DNA of 64,000 nt from Armatimonadota bacterium (lineage in GTDB: Bacteria > Armatimonadota > Fimbriimonadia > Fimbriimonadales > GBS-DC), in NCBI GenBank assembly GCA_037444405.1, contig JBBIML010000012.1, forward strand, positions 1 through 64,000. Reading direction: 5' to 3'. Under the pieces are notes generated by a model. The model was not told where the DNA came from and did not search any database. It saw nothing but the letters and a program-made list of their open reading frames with translations. Within the stretch, counting starts at the first letter, position 1, and every line of letters begins with the position of its first letter. A program made the position numbers and the translations under genes. Below are positions 41,282 through 51,000 of the stretch, in pieces.

Positions 41282-42589
41282 ATCAACAGCTTTGCGGAGT
41301 ATCTGGGGCATTTACGGCGTGCGCGCGGCATGACCATTCGTCGCCTGGCTCAGCTGGCAGGGATCCATCCTTCCACACTGAGCCGCTGGGAAGCGGGGTT
41401 TGTGCGCCCTTCGCTGTACGAGTTCGATGCCCTCATGAACGCGCTGGGAGCGAGCGATATCGAGCGGCGTTGCGCCCTGGAGCGGATTGACGCGCCCCGC
41501 GCACTGTCCCGTCTGCACGCGGCACAACCCGCTCCGGCAGGTTCGCAAGCGAAGCCGCATATTCCCCTTCCCGGCGACCTGTTGCGCGCGATGCGCCAAC
41601 GCAGAGGCTGGACCTTAGAACAGACCGCCAAGCAGATGCACATCAGTATCGCCACTCTCTACCGCTGGGAACACTCGGAAGCGTGGCCCTCCGAAGAGCA
41701 ACTGCATCAGCTCTGTGCCCTGCTTCAGGCGCACTTTCAAGAACAGGTTGCGCTCTCCGCAGGGCGCCTCCATTTCCATCCTGAGGTTCAGGCGTTTCCA
41801 TCCCGCCCGGAGGAGCTGGAAGAGCTGATGCGCCAGATTATTTTCGCCGAGGTAGCGGTTGATCGCGCGCTTGCGGATCTGTACTTTTTATCTCTGGAAC
41901 GATTTCTATGGAGGCTGAGTCAACGCAGCGAAGCGGGGCGTCGGCTCCTGATTGACGCCTATGTGTGCCACTGCCGCCACCTGCTTCAGGATGCACGCCT
42001 GATAGACGCGCAGACCCCAGCCGCGCGCGCAATGCACCGGATCGGTGGCTGGGAGAACCCGCGTGCGCACTGGTTATGGATCGTGCATGCCGCCGCGAAA
42101 GGCGCTGCCGAGAAGCGCGCCCAGCCCTATCCCACCGCAGGGATTCGAATCTTGCAGGATTGGCTCCCCCTCGCCGCTGCCACTGCACTCCAGTATGAGG
42201 CGTGGTTCCTGCGTGACATCGCCGAATATATGAGCCTCACGCATGCCACGAGCGCCGCCGTGGAAGCCAGCGAGTATGCGGTCAGCAAAGGGCTGGGGAT
42301 GGGCGACGACTGGAATGTGTGGCTCTCCCATGCGGAGGTCCTGCTCAATGCAAAGCGCCCGCACCAGGCGCTTGAAGTTGTCGAGCGCCATCTGCAATTC
42401 GCATGGTGCGAAGACTCGGTGCTGATGCAGCAAGTGCATGAGGCGGGAATCTACGCCCGCGCTCTTCACGGAGTCGGGCGGCGTCAGGAAGCCCTCCTCT
42501 GGGTGGAACGCGCTCAACAGCTGGTACAGGCGAACAACCTCTGGCAGGTGCGGAACCGTGTAGAGGCGATCGCCTCGCAAATCAGGTAG
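41282..42589 (+). CDS. XRE regulator HTH-HTH-TPR-like (paralog 2); start codon uncertain
   Basis: LRRARGMTIRRLA...STLSRWEAG, IDAPRA, GDLLRAMRQRRGWTLEQ..RWE. The SD GAGGTGG precedes an in-frame ATC at 41282. Confidence 0.8.
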   Translation: MNSFAEYLGHLRRARGMTIRRLAQLAGIHPSTLSRWEAGFVRPSLYEFDALMNALGASDIERRCALERIDAPRALSRLHAAQPAPAGSQAKPHIPLPGDLLRAMRQRRGWTLEQTAKQMHISIATLYRWEHSEAWPSEEQLHQLCALLQAHFQEQVALSAGRLHFHPEVQAFPSRPEELEELMRQIIFAEVAVDRALADLYFLSLERFLWRLSQRSEAGRRLLIDAYVCHCRHLLQDARLIDAQTPAARAMHRIGGWENPRAHWLWIVHAAAKGAAEKRAQPYPTAGIRILQDWLPLAAATALQYEAWFLRDIAEYMSLTHATSAAVEASEYAVSKGLGMGDDWNVWLSHAEVLLNAKRPHQALEVVERHLQFAWCEDSVLMQQVHEAGIYARALHGVGRRQEALLWVERAQQLVQANNLWQVRNRVEAIASQIR

Positions 42590-42725
42590 GCAACGCGACA
42601 GGGTGTTGCAATTTTCCGAAAAATTACGCAGGGAAGACCCTCCCGTGCTATGATAGTGCTGTGTATCACGGGAGGACACCATGCGATGCTATTCTGGGCG
42701 TTTGGCAGATCTCCATACGGAGGCA

Positions 42726-45700
42726 ATGAAGCGTACTCGCTTCAGCATGCTTGCTGTTATATCTGCGCAACTCCTTCTATGCCTCGTCGTGAACGGGTTC
42801 GCGCAGCAGAACCGCGAGGTCTATACCTACAACCTGACCTTCACCACCACCAACCAGTGCATGTGGCAACCGGGCACCTGCAACATTGGCTACTCCTACT
42901 TTCTGGGGGGTAGCTTCAACGGCTCGCGTTCGGGCGGCGGCTACTTCACCATTCCCGTGCTGGGCGAGTTCGGCGCATCGGGCGGTGCATCGGCGAGCGG
43001 TCGGCTCGGACTCCAGTTCGATGCCTACGCTACGGGCGGGGATGTGAGTGTCGTTTACCCGATGCAGCTGACTCTTTCCTTCCCCACCCGCGAGTACTTG
43101 GTACCCGGCGGGGTTGCCGTTATCCAGTCCAGCTACAGGCTCCAGCAGGGCGCGCGTCTTGGCACCACTTCGCCCACCGCGCGCTTTGTGATGTCGAGCG
43201 TGCTGGATTTTGCTGGCTCGTTCAGCGTCCGTGCGCGCGCCTTCAGCGAGGACATTATCAACACTTCGGTAGACATCCCGCGCGTGAACTATGTGCAGGA
43301 GCTGATCAACACGGACAATCTGAACATCTGGGATCGGGATTTCGATCTCATTTCGAACTATCCGGGATTGCTCACCCTGAATGTTCACCGCCCGTTGATT
43401 ATTACAGAAGGGGGCAACCCTTTTTCTCCGACGGAGACGCGCCTGACCTCCACTGGCAGCGACCGCTTTGTTACGCTCACAGGCGACCTGACCGCCGCGA
43501 CCATCTATCTGATCCAGACGCTGCTGGGGCTGCCGCCGAACAACTACCTGCGCAAGAGCATTTCGTATCCCGGGCTGGAGGCGGGCTATTCGCTGCTGCA
43601 GACGGAGGTTCGGACAGGACTGGGGTTCCGTCAGGACTTTGAGTTCGTGCCGCGCCCGAAAATCCGACTGACCTTCACGGATGGGCGCGCGCCCGTCGAG
43701 TTCTACGCGGGCGAAAGCGTCGCCATCCAGCTCCCCATGTCGGGCGCGCTGGGCGTGAACGCCTCCGTGGTCATGGACAACCAGTTCACCAACATCACCT
43801 ATCTGACCCTTTCGGGCGGCATCTACTTCCTGCCGCTCTATGTGTACGCCAGCGGGAAGCTGGGAAGCATCTCGCTGGGCAGCTTCGAGTTCAAGCCTGT
43901 GGACGAGATGGGCATCGGCAGCACCCTGCCCATCCGCATCTTCAATCGCACCTTTACGCTGAGCGGATTCGCCGATCAGGTAGCGGGCGACCTGACCGTG
44001 CGGGCGAACACCGACGCCACACCGGGCATCTTTTACAGCGTGAACTACAACAGCCCTACCTTCGCACGGGTGTACGACCCCAATACGACCATCTATCTGG
44101 AGTGCCGTCCCGTCAACTACTTCACCAGCCAGTCGCGGGTGGTGTTTCGGGGCACAGAAGTCAGCACGACGCTGGTGCAACCGAATGTGGTGAGCGCAGT
44201 CATCCCTGCCAGCCTGCTCACCACGATAGGCAACTACACGCTGTTTGTGCGCACGCCGGGCAAGCCCGACACGAACACCCTTGCATTCGCCGTTGGCTAC
44301 AGGCACCCTCTGATACGGCAGGTGCGATGCAACTGCCTGCCAGGACAGGATTACAGAGGCTACACCATCGGCGTCAATTTTCCAGAGAATGACCTGGTGC
44401 TGGACCTGACCACCACGAATCCGACTTACTATCGAAACGGTGTGACGGAGGTCTACTGGAACGATCAGGCAGTCACTATCGAGCAGATGGGGCTCGGGAG
44501 CGAGGATCCTACCCACTTCATGCGCATTCGGGTACCCAATCGGTATCTATGGCAGCCGGGCACGATGGTGCTGAAGGTCGTGAATAGGGGTCCGGGCGGC
44601 GGCGAAAGTATTTACAATATCTATGCTTCCTACCCGCCGCTTCAGTGGAATGAGGACTACGATTGCCGGCTGAATCCCCGCCGCGGGCGCTCCATCGGCA
44701 CGCAGGGCATCACGATTCGTGTGCGCGGAAGCTGGTTCATCAAGGGCGTCACCGAGCTGATTCTGGTGGAGGGTGCCGATTGGTACCCCCCAAATAACGC
44801 GATCCCTCTGCCCACCCAGTATGTGAGCCAGGCAGAGCTGGTGGGGCAGATTCCGGGCGACCTGATGCAGACGCCCCGTAGTGTGTTGATTGGGATGCGT
44901 CATCCCGACGGGCGTGGGGGCTACATCACTTCAGACGGTGGCGAGAGGTTTGAGGTGCTGAACCCGATCCCTGTCGTGGAGCGATGCGAACCGAATCTGG
45001 TCAATCGGGGCGATGCGCCGCCCAGCTATGTGGAGGTGCGCGGCGTGAGCTTCCGTCCTGGCTGTCAGGTCGTGTTCAACGGCGCGCCGCTGGCGACCAC
45101 GCGCCTTTCGGACACCCGCCTGCGCTTCACCCTGCCGGCGGGCACGATGAACACGGGGCGTGTGAACAGCGTGAAGGTGCGCAACCCGCAAACGGACGGC
45201 ATCGATTCCAACGAGGAATGGTTCACCGTGCGCAACCCCGCGCCCACGCTGACCGCACTCAACCCCAGCAGTGTTACTACCTTCGCGCCTGCGACGCGGG
45301 TGGACATCGCGGGCAGCGGCTTCGAAAACACGGCGCGTGCCTACTTTGGGGGCACGCCGGTGAGTACCACCTTTGTGAACACAACGCTTGTGCGCGCCCT
45401 CATCCCCGCCAGCCTGCTGCGGAATGCTGGCACCTTCTCCATCACCGTGCGCAACGAGCCGAGCGTCGACTCCAACGCGCTCCCCTTCACGATCAGCGAC
45501 GCGCGCCTCATCTATGTCAGCCCGCAGGGCAGCGACGCGAACGACGGACTGAGCTGGGCAACGGCAAAACGCACGGTGCAGGCGGGCATCAACGCTGCCG
45601 TGCCCTCCTCCGGCGGCGCGCAGGTGTGGGTCAAAGCGGGCCTCTACAATGAGCGCATCATCCTGCGAGCTAATGTGCATGTGTACGGCGGCTTCGCAGG

Positions 45701-48700
45701 CAACGAGACCAGCCGCAGCCAGCGCAACCTGTTCGCCAATGAGAGCGTCCTCGATGGGCAGTCGGGCGGTGCGGTGGTAACGGTGAACGCGGGCACGGTC
45801 AACGCCACCCTCGACGGCTTCACCCTGACCAACGGCAACCGCCCTGTCGGAGGCGCGGGCGTGCTGATTAATGGCGACTGTAGCGTGGTCGTGATTTCCA
45901 ACAACCTGATTATCAATAACCGCTCGCTGGATGTCTCAGGCAGCGGTGCGGGCATCCTGGTGCAGGGGACGAACCCGTTCGGCGCTGATGTGCAGATTCT
46001 CAACAATGTCATCGTGCGCAACGCCGCCTACAACAGCGCTGCCATCTACCTGCGCTACGCGAGCGCGCAACTCATCAACAACACCATCGCCTACAACACC
46101 AGTGTCAGCTCCACCACAGGCGCCGCGCTCTACTGCTCCGATAGCACCAGCACATTACTTGCCAACAACATCGTGGCGTTCCAGGGGAACGGTCCCGGCA
46201 TTGATCGCAAGAATGTGTCCACCGCGACGGTGACCCTGCGCAACAACTGCGTGTATAACCCGTCCACCGCGAACTACCGCAACATCGCCGCCAGCGCGTA
46301 CGCAAGCGACATCGCTGTGGATCCGCGCTTTGTGGACGCGAGCCACGATGACTTCCATCTGGGCGACTCGCCCTGCATCGATCGGGGCAGCGCGTCCGAC
46401 GCGGCAGGTATTCTGGTCGATTACGATGGGCAGGCGCGGGTGAACGGCGTTACCATCGATATCGGCGCAGATGAGGTGTACGCAGGCGCGGTTGTGCTGA
46501 CCGTGCCGCCCGCCACCGGCGCAATTCGCACCCCGGTGAACCTCACAGCGACCCTGCGACGAACCGATAACAACCTGCCGATTGCCGGTCAGCGGCTGGA
46601 GTTCTTCGTGCAGGACACCTCCATCGGCGCCGCCGACACCCAGAGCAACGGCACGGCGACGCTGAGCTACCTCCCGCCCGAATCGCTGGGCACAGGTGTG
46701 AAATCGCTGCGGGTGGAGTACGCGGGCAACACCGCCTATTTACCTGCCTCTCAGACAACCACGCTCACGGTGAATCGCGGCGTCTCCATTTTGACGCCCA
46801 TCATTGAGCCGACGCAGGTCTCGGTCTCGCAGCAGATGACGCTGGGCGGCAGGCTCTCGGACGCCACTGGCGCCCCGATTGCGAACCGCACGCTGAACAT
46901 CCTCTGGGACGGCGCTCCCATCGCCAGCGGCAACACCGACTCCAGCGGCGTCTTCCGCACCGCATACACCATCCCGCGCGGCACCTCACGAGGCAACCAC
47001 ACCGTGCGCGTGGAATTTCTGGGCGATCCCCTGTTCTTCGGCAATGTAGCCGCCAATACTGTATCCGTGGTCAACAGCGCGCCCGAAGCGTCCCTTGCTG
47101 GAGCGAACCTGCTGTTCAACGGCTCGAATACCGCCGTACAGTTTGACCACCGCCCCGAACTGAACGCCTATCCGCTCACGGTCTCCTGCTGGGTGCGCAC
47201 GCTGGACATGGCGGACCTCGAAGAACGCGGCATCGTCAACAAATATGGGAGTGGCTCGCTTAACGGCTACCAGCTATACCTGCGCAACGGGCGAGTGTAC
47301 GCATGGTACTTCCGCAACGGAAGCAACTACATCTGGGATGGCGGCTTGGGGCTGGATGGCGGGGCGATTGCCGACGGCGCGTGGCACCATATCCAGTTTA
47401 CGGTGGATGCCAGCGGCGGGCGGCTCTATGTGGATGGCGTGTTGCGCGCCAGCCGCGCGTGGACAGGTTCACCAGGCGCATGCACGACGACCACGCCGCT
47501 GCTGATCGGACGCTATCCCGGCACTCCGCTGAATGGGCACTTCGACGGCGAGATCGACGAGGTGAAACTCTGGAGCCGCGCCGATGTCGGAACCGATGAG
47601 AAGAGCCGTAAGGCGAACCTCGTCGGCGACGAGACCGGCTTGCTCGCCTATTTCCGATTCGATGAACGCTCTGGCAACCAGACTGTGGACGCCGTATCGG
47701 GTGGGGCGGCGACGCTCCTCAACACGCCCGTCTGGCAGACCTCCAGCGCGCCCGTAGAGACCCTCTATGTCGTGGACGGCGTGCCGCGCACAGTGCGCCT
47801 GAACGCTTACGACGCCAACGAGGACGCGCTGAGCTACAACCTGCTCACCACCCCTGGAAGCGGACAGTGGCTTGGCGGTGTATTCCCCAGCGCGACCTTC
47901 CTGCCTCCTTCTGGCGGCGTTTCAGGCGCGTTCAGCTATCGCGTCAGCGACGGGATTGCCAACAGCAACACAGCGTCGGGAGCCATTCAGCGCACGAATG
48001 CACCGCATGCCGGTCTGGGCGGCTCGATGCGCTACTTCAACGGCAACACCAACTCGAACATCACCGTGCCGGGCTTCGGCAATCGCGTTTCCAGCGGTGA
48101 GCTGACCATCGAGTTCTGGCAGCTTGTCGCCTCGCCCCGCTACGCCGCCACTATCGACATCAACGGCGGTTCTGCAACCAACCGCATCGTGGTGCATAGT
48201 CCCTGGAGTGATGGCAGGGTCTTCTTCGACTTCGGCAACATCACCACGCAGGGGCGACTTTACTACACGCCGCCCCAGCCAATCGTCGGCACCTGGCAGC
48301 ATTTCGCCTTCGTGGTGAGCCAGAGCGGGAACTACATGCGCATCTACCGCAACGGCGTTCTGGAAGCCCAGAAGACCGGCATGACTCCCTTCACCCCGGG
48401 CAACTACACGCTGGGGATTGGATTCGGAAACAGCGGTTTCGGGGGCTTTAATGGGTTCCTCGACGAGGTGCGCATCTGGAACCGTGCGCGCACCCAGCGT
48501 GAAATCCAGCGCGATATGCACGCGGTGCTGCAGGGCAACGAGCGCGGGCTGATCGGCTACTGGCGCCTCGATGAGTGGGGCAACAGTGCCACCACCGCCG
48601 TCGACTCGTCACCCAGTGGGGCGAACGGAACCTTCAGCAACGTGCGCTGGCTTGGCTCCACCGCGCCCCTTTACACGGTGCATGTGCCCGCTGGCGAGCG

Positions 48701-49076
48701 CACCTTCACGCTGGGCGCCTTCGCCGAATCTCTCACCCAGCCAGACCAGTTGACCTACCAGATCGTGGAGAACCCCGCCGACGGCACGCTGAACCTGTCG
48801 GGCAATCAGGCGACCTATACGCCCGATCAACCGGGCACCTACACCATGCGATACACCGTCAGCCATTCGGCAGCGGCTCTGAACACGGCGCGTGTATGGC
48901 TGGTGGTGCCGCGCGCGGGCGATGTGGACGGCAGCGGCTGCGTGGATGACGCCGACCTGCTCACGGTGTTGTTCGCCTTCGGCAGCGACAACCCTGACGC
49001 CGATGCGAACGGCGACGGACTCGTGGACGACGCCGACCTGCTAACGGTGCTGTTCAACTTCGGCAGCGGGTGCTGA
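42726..49076 (+). CDS. Large secreted multidomain adhesin-like protein (IPT/TIG, beta-helix, Ig-like, 2x LamG, dockerin-like tail)
   Basis: Signal peptide GFA-Q; NP.P.L..L.P IPT repeats; YVSPQGSDANDGLSWATAK; DIGADE; WHHI...LYVDG...FDGEIDEVKLW and WQHFAFV..FNGFLDEVRIWNRA; ends FNFGSGC. Alternative ATG at 42681. Confidence 0.88.
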   Translation: MKRTRFSMLAVISAQLLLCLVVNGFAQQNREVYTYNLTFTTTNQCMWQPGTCNIGYSYFLGGSFNGSRSGGGYFTIPVLGEFGASGGASASGRLGLQFDAYATGGDVSVVYPMQLTLSFPTREYLVPGGVAVIQSSYRLQQGARLGTTSPTARFVMSSVLDFAGSFSVRARAFSEDIINTSVDIPRVNYVQELINTDNLNIWDRDFDLISNYPGLLTLNVHRPLIITEGGNPFSPTETRLTSTGSDRFVTLTGDLTAATIYLIQTLLGLPPNNYLRKSISYPGLEAGYSLLQTEVRTGLGFRQDFEFVPRPKIRLTFTDGRAPVEFYAGESVAIQLPMSGALGVNASVVMDNQFTNITYLTLSGGIYFLPLYVYASGKLGSISLGSFEFKPVDEMGIGSTLPIRIFNRTFTLSGFADQVAGDLTVRANTDATPGIFYSVNYNSPTFARVYDPNTTIYLECRPVNYFTSQSRVVFRGTEVSTTLVQPNVVSAVIPASLLTTIGNYTLFVRTPGKPDTNTLAFAVGYRHPLIRQVRCNCLPGQDYRGYTIGVNFPENDLVLDLTTTNPTYYRNGVTEVYWNDQAVTIEQMGLGSEDPTHFMRIRVPNRYLWQPGTMVLKVVNRGPGGGESIYNIYASYPPLQWNEDYDCRLNPRRGRSIGTQGITIRVRGSWFIKGVTELILVEGADWYPPNNAIPLPTQYVSQAELVGQIPGDLMQTPRSVLIGMRHPDGRGGYITSDGGERFEVLNPIPVVERCEPNLVNRGDAPPSYVEVRGVSFRPGCQVVFNGAPLATTRLSDTRLRFTLPAGTMNTGRVNSVKVRNPQTDGIDSNEEWFTVRNPAPTLTALNPSSVTTFAPATRVDIAGSGFENTARAYFGGTPVSTTFVNTTLVRALIPASLLRNAGTFSITVRNEPSVDSNALPFTISDARLIYVSPQGSDANDGLSWATAKRTVQAGINAAVPSSGGAQVWVKAGLYNERIILRANVHVYGGFAGNETSRSQRNLFANESVLDGQSGGAVVTVNAGTVNATLDGFTLTNGNRPVGGAGVLINGDCSVVVISNNLIINNRSLDVSGSGAGILVQGTNPFGADVQILNNVIVRNAAYNSAAIYLRYASAQLINNTIAYNTSVSSTTGAALYCSDSTSTLLANNIVAFQGNGPGIDRKNVSTATVTLRNNCVYNPSTANYRNIAASAYASDIAVDPRFVDASHDDFHLGDSPCIDRGSASDAAGILVDYDGQARVNGVTIDIGADEVYAGAVVLTVPPATGAIRTPVNLTATLRRTDNNLPIAGQRLEFFVQDTSIGAADTQSNGTATLSYLPPESLGTGVKSLRVEYAGNTAYLPASQTTTLTVNRGVSILTPIIEPTQVSVSQQMTLGGRLSDATGAPIANRTLNILWDGAPIASGNTDSSGVFRTAYTIPRGTSRGNHTVRVEFLGDPLFFGNVAANTVSVVNSAPEASLAGANLLFNGSNTAVQFDHRPELNAYPLTVSCWVRTLDMADLEERGIVNKYGSGSLNGYQLYLRNGRVYAWYFRNGSNYIWDGGLGLDGGAIADGAWHHIQFTVDASGGRLYVDGVLRASRAWTGSPGACTTTTPLLIGRYPGTPLNGHFDGEIDEVKLWSRADVGTDEKSRKANLVGDETGLLAYFRFDERSGNQTVDAVSGGAATLLNTPVWQTSSAPVETLYVVDGVPRTVRLNAYDANEDALSYNLLTTPGSGQWLGGVFPSATFLPPSGGVSGAFSYRVSDGIANSNTASGAIQRTNAPHAGLGGSMRYFNGNTNSNITVPGFGNRVSSGELTIEFWQLVASPRYAATIDINGGSATNRIVVHSPWSDGRVFFDFGNITTQGRLYYTPPQPIVGTWQHFAFVVSQSGNYMRIYRNGVLEAQKTGMTPFTPGNYTLGIGFGNSGFGGFNGFLDEVRIWNRARTQREIQRDMHAVLQGNERGLIGYWRLDEWGNSATTAVDSSPSGANGTFSNVRWLGSTAPLYTVHVPAGERTFTLGAFAESLTQPDQLTYQIVENPADGTLNLSGNQATYTPDQPGTYTMRYTVSHSAAALNTARVWLVVPRAGDVDGSGCVDDADLLTVLFAFGSDNPDADANGDGLVDDADLLTVLFNFGSGC

Positions 49077-50378
49077 AAACGCCTGCAGTTCGCCCTTTGC
49101 CCAGTTGTACCACCATGGCATGCCGTGCGGAGCGAGCATGACATGGATCTGCTGGAGGCGCAGCCACCAGTGCTGCGCCTCCGTATACAAACCGCACTGA
49201 CACAGCACCCGAATCCAGATGAGCGCTTTGTTGATGCGCTGCTGAACGCCCTGCTCTTCAGGGTCCGCCAGTGAGGGGTTATCGGTGAGCAGTTGGAGCG
49301 CCTGCTCGCTCTGACCCAGATTGGCCAGCACCAGCGCGTCCGAGAGAAGGATGTTGGGGTCACCATCGCGCCATGGGTCGCTTTTGCGTCGGGCGATAGT
49401 GTGGGTCTCCACTGCCTCGTGGCGATGGCGTGAGAAGCTCAGGTACTCCGCACTGTTGCGCCAGAACCATGCGGCATGTTCAGGTGCGCACTGTTCCGCC
49501 GCGCAAAGCCAGCGCCGAAGGATGGTCACCCCTTCCAGCGGAATCATGCGCGGGTTGCATTCCGCTGCGCCTTTCGCCTGCGCATGCACGATATAGAACC
49601 AGTGGGGGCGCAGGGGTTCCGATCGGGGAATCAGGCGCAGGGCACGCTGAACGGATAGCTGCGCCTCATGCACCCGCGCCTGCTCCACCAGATAGCGGCA
49701 GTGATAGGCAAAGGCATCGATCAGCAGGCTCTTCGGGGCGCGGTTCACGCTCACCATCTGCCACAGACGCCCCTGAACACAGCGATAGAGCAGGTCGGTC
49801 ATCGCGGGGTCAATCGAGAGCCGGTCGGTTTTGACCGCTTCCAGCAGTTCTTCCATCTCGGCGGCGGACGCCACCTCGAAGGGCAACCAGGTCAGCACGC
49901 CGCGCCCGTTTTGAAGCGCATGATGCTCCGCCTCGCTCGCGCCCAGCACGGTGCACAGGCGTCCTAACTGCTCGTCGGAGGGCCAGCTCTCGGAACGCTC
50001 CCAGCGACTGACCGTGCTGACCGTCACGCCCACATGCAGGGCGACCTGTTCGAGTGTCCAGCCGCGCCGTCCCCGCAGCGCTCGCAACAGCTCGCCCCCA
50101 ATCGGGGCAGCGCCTGACGGCGAAGGCATACCTTCTCTTACCCCCACTGCCATCGGGGTCGCGCGAGGGGCATCCAGAAGTTGCCACGCCTGCGCACACT
50201 CGGTCTCAGTAGCCTGCAACGCGGTCAACACCGCCCGCAGCTCATAGACGCGCGGAGTAGTCGCTCCCGCTTCCCAGCGGCTCAGGGTGGAAGCATTCAC
50301 TCTGGCAGCACGCGCCAGCTGACGCAGCGACAGTCCCCGTGAGGCACGCATGCGACGCAAATGCTCTGCCAAAAACAC
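49041..50378 (-). CDS. XRE regulator HTH-HTH-TPR-like (paralog 3)
   Basis: LRRMRASRGLSLRQLA..STLSRWEAG, LDAPRA, GELLRALRGRRGWTLEQ..RWERSESWPS. GTG 50378 follows GAGGTG and TGTGGTATAAT. Confidence 0.83.
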   Translation of the reverse strand: MFLAEHLRRMRASRGLSLRQLARAARVNASTLSRWEAGATTPRVYELRAVLTALQATETECAQAWQLLDAPRATPMAVGVREGMPSPSGAAPIGGELLRALRGRRGWTLEQVALHVGVTVSTVSRWERSESWPSDEQLGRLCTVLGASEAEHHALQNGRGVLTWLPFEVASAAEMEELLEAVKTDRLSIDPAMTDLLYRCVQGRLWQMVSVNRAPKSLLIDAFAYHCRYLVEQARVHEAQLSVQRALRLIPRSEPLRPHWFYIVHAQAKGAAECNPRMIPLEGVTILRRWLCAAEQCAPEHAAWFWRNSAEYLSFSRHRHEAVETHTIARRKSDPWRDGDPNILLSDALVLANLGQSEQALQLLTDNPSLADPEEQGVQQRINKALIWIRVLCQCGLYTEAQHWWLRLQQIHVMLAPHGMPWWYNWAKGELQAFSAPAAEVEQHR

Positions 50379-50484
50379 ACCCCAACACCTCATCGACATT
50401 ATACCACAGGTCAGTTCAAAAATGCTCTTGAGAAACCCCTGATGCAGGGAACCATCGGTAAACGCGCAGGGTATAATAGATGTG

Positions 50485-50889
50485 ATGCCGTTGCACAGCA
50501 GGCACTGGTGGCGCATCGCGCTCTGGATGCTGATGGGCTGGCTGGGACTGGCACCGCTCAGCTGGCTGGCTGTGCATTCGTGCGACTGCTACCGACCTGC
50601 TCGCACCCACGCATGCTGTGCGTCATCCCCTGCAACGGGGCAGGCAGTCCCTGCGCCCCATCCGCGCAGCGATTGCCCGCATTGCCAGCTCTGTCAGGCA
50701 AGCCATCCGAACCCTGCCGTGCTGACGGGCGGGACGAATCTGCCGGACCAGAGCTTCACTCTACTGATGCCCCCGTTGCCGATGCAGGTGGTGGTACAAC
50801 CCACCCGCACCCCGCTTTATCACCCACCGATTCAACCCCTCATTCAGACCGCTTTCGAATGCTGGGCGCCGCGCGCCCCTCCTGTGTGA
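50485..50889 (+). CDS. DUF2946/CutF/CruR-like uORF with Cys motifs and C-terminal RAPP arrest motif
   Basis: Hydrophobic N-terminus, HSCDC, HACC, CPHCQLC, Pro-rich tail ending WAPRAPPV*. TATAAT lies 7 nt before the ATG. Confidence 0.75.
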   Translation: MPLHSRHWWRIALWMLMGWLGLAPLSWLAVHSCDCYRPARTHACCASSPATGQAVPAPHPRSDCPHCQLCQASHPNPAVLTGGTNLPDQSFTLLMPPLPMQVVVQPTRTPLYHPPIQPLIQTAFECWAPRAPPV

Positions 50890-50991
50890 GCATATAATCG
50901 CATCTGTCATCACCGCATCCTGCGGCGATGCGATTCGTTCACCTGAGTTTCACGCTCGTGAGACGAGCGCAGACAATCATCACACAGGAGG
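50878..50991 (+). promoter_or_regulatory. Anti-SD/SD pairing (translational attenuator)
   Basis: CCTCCTGTGTGA (50878-50889) is the exact reverse complement of TCACACAGGAGG (50980-50991), which holds the SD of the next gene. Confidence 0.75.
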
Positions 50992-51000
50992 AGATGAGCC

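Noticed and set aside
42777..44516. 579-aa minus-strand ORF
   Set aside because: Antisense to the large secreted protein; no recognisable features.
40964..49076. Diversity-generating retroelement TR/VR pair (4 of 6 mismatches are A in the orphan copy; the other copy is at a gene 3' end)
   Set aside because: Two mismatches are not at A, and most adenines, including AAC codons, are unchanged. The variants recur in other paralogous tails, the region is a structural tail rather than a ligand-binding fold, and no reverse transcriptase is in the window.
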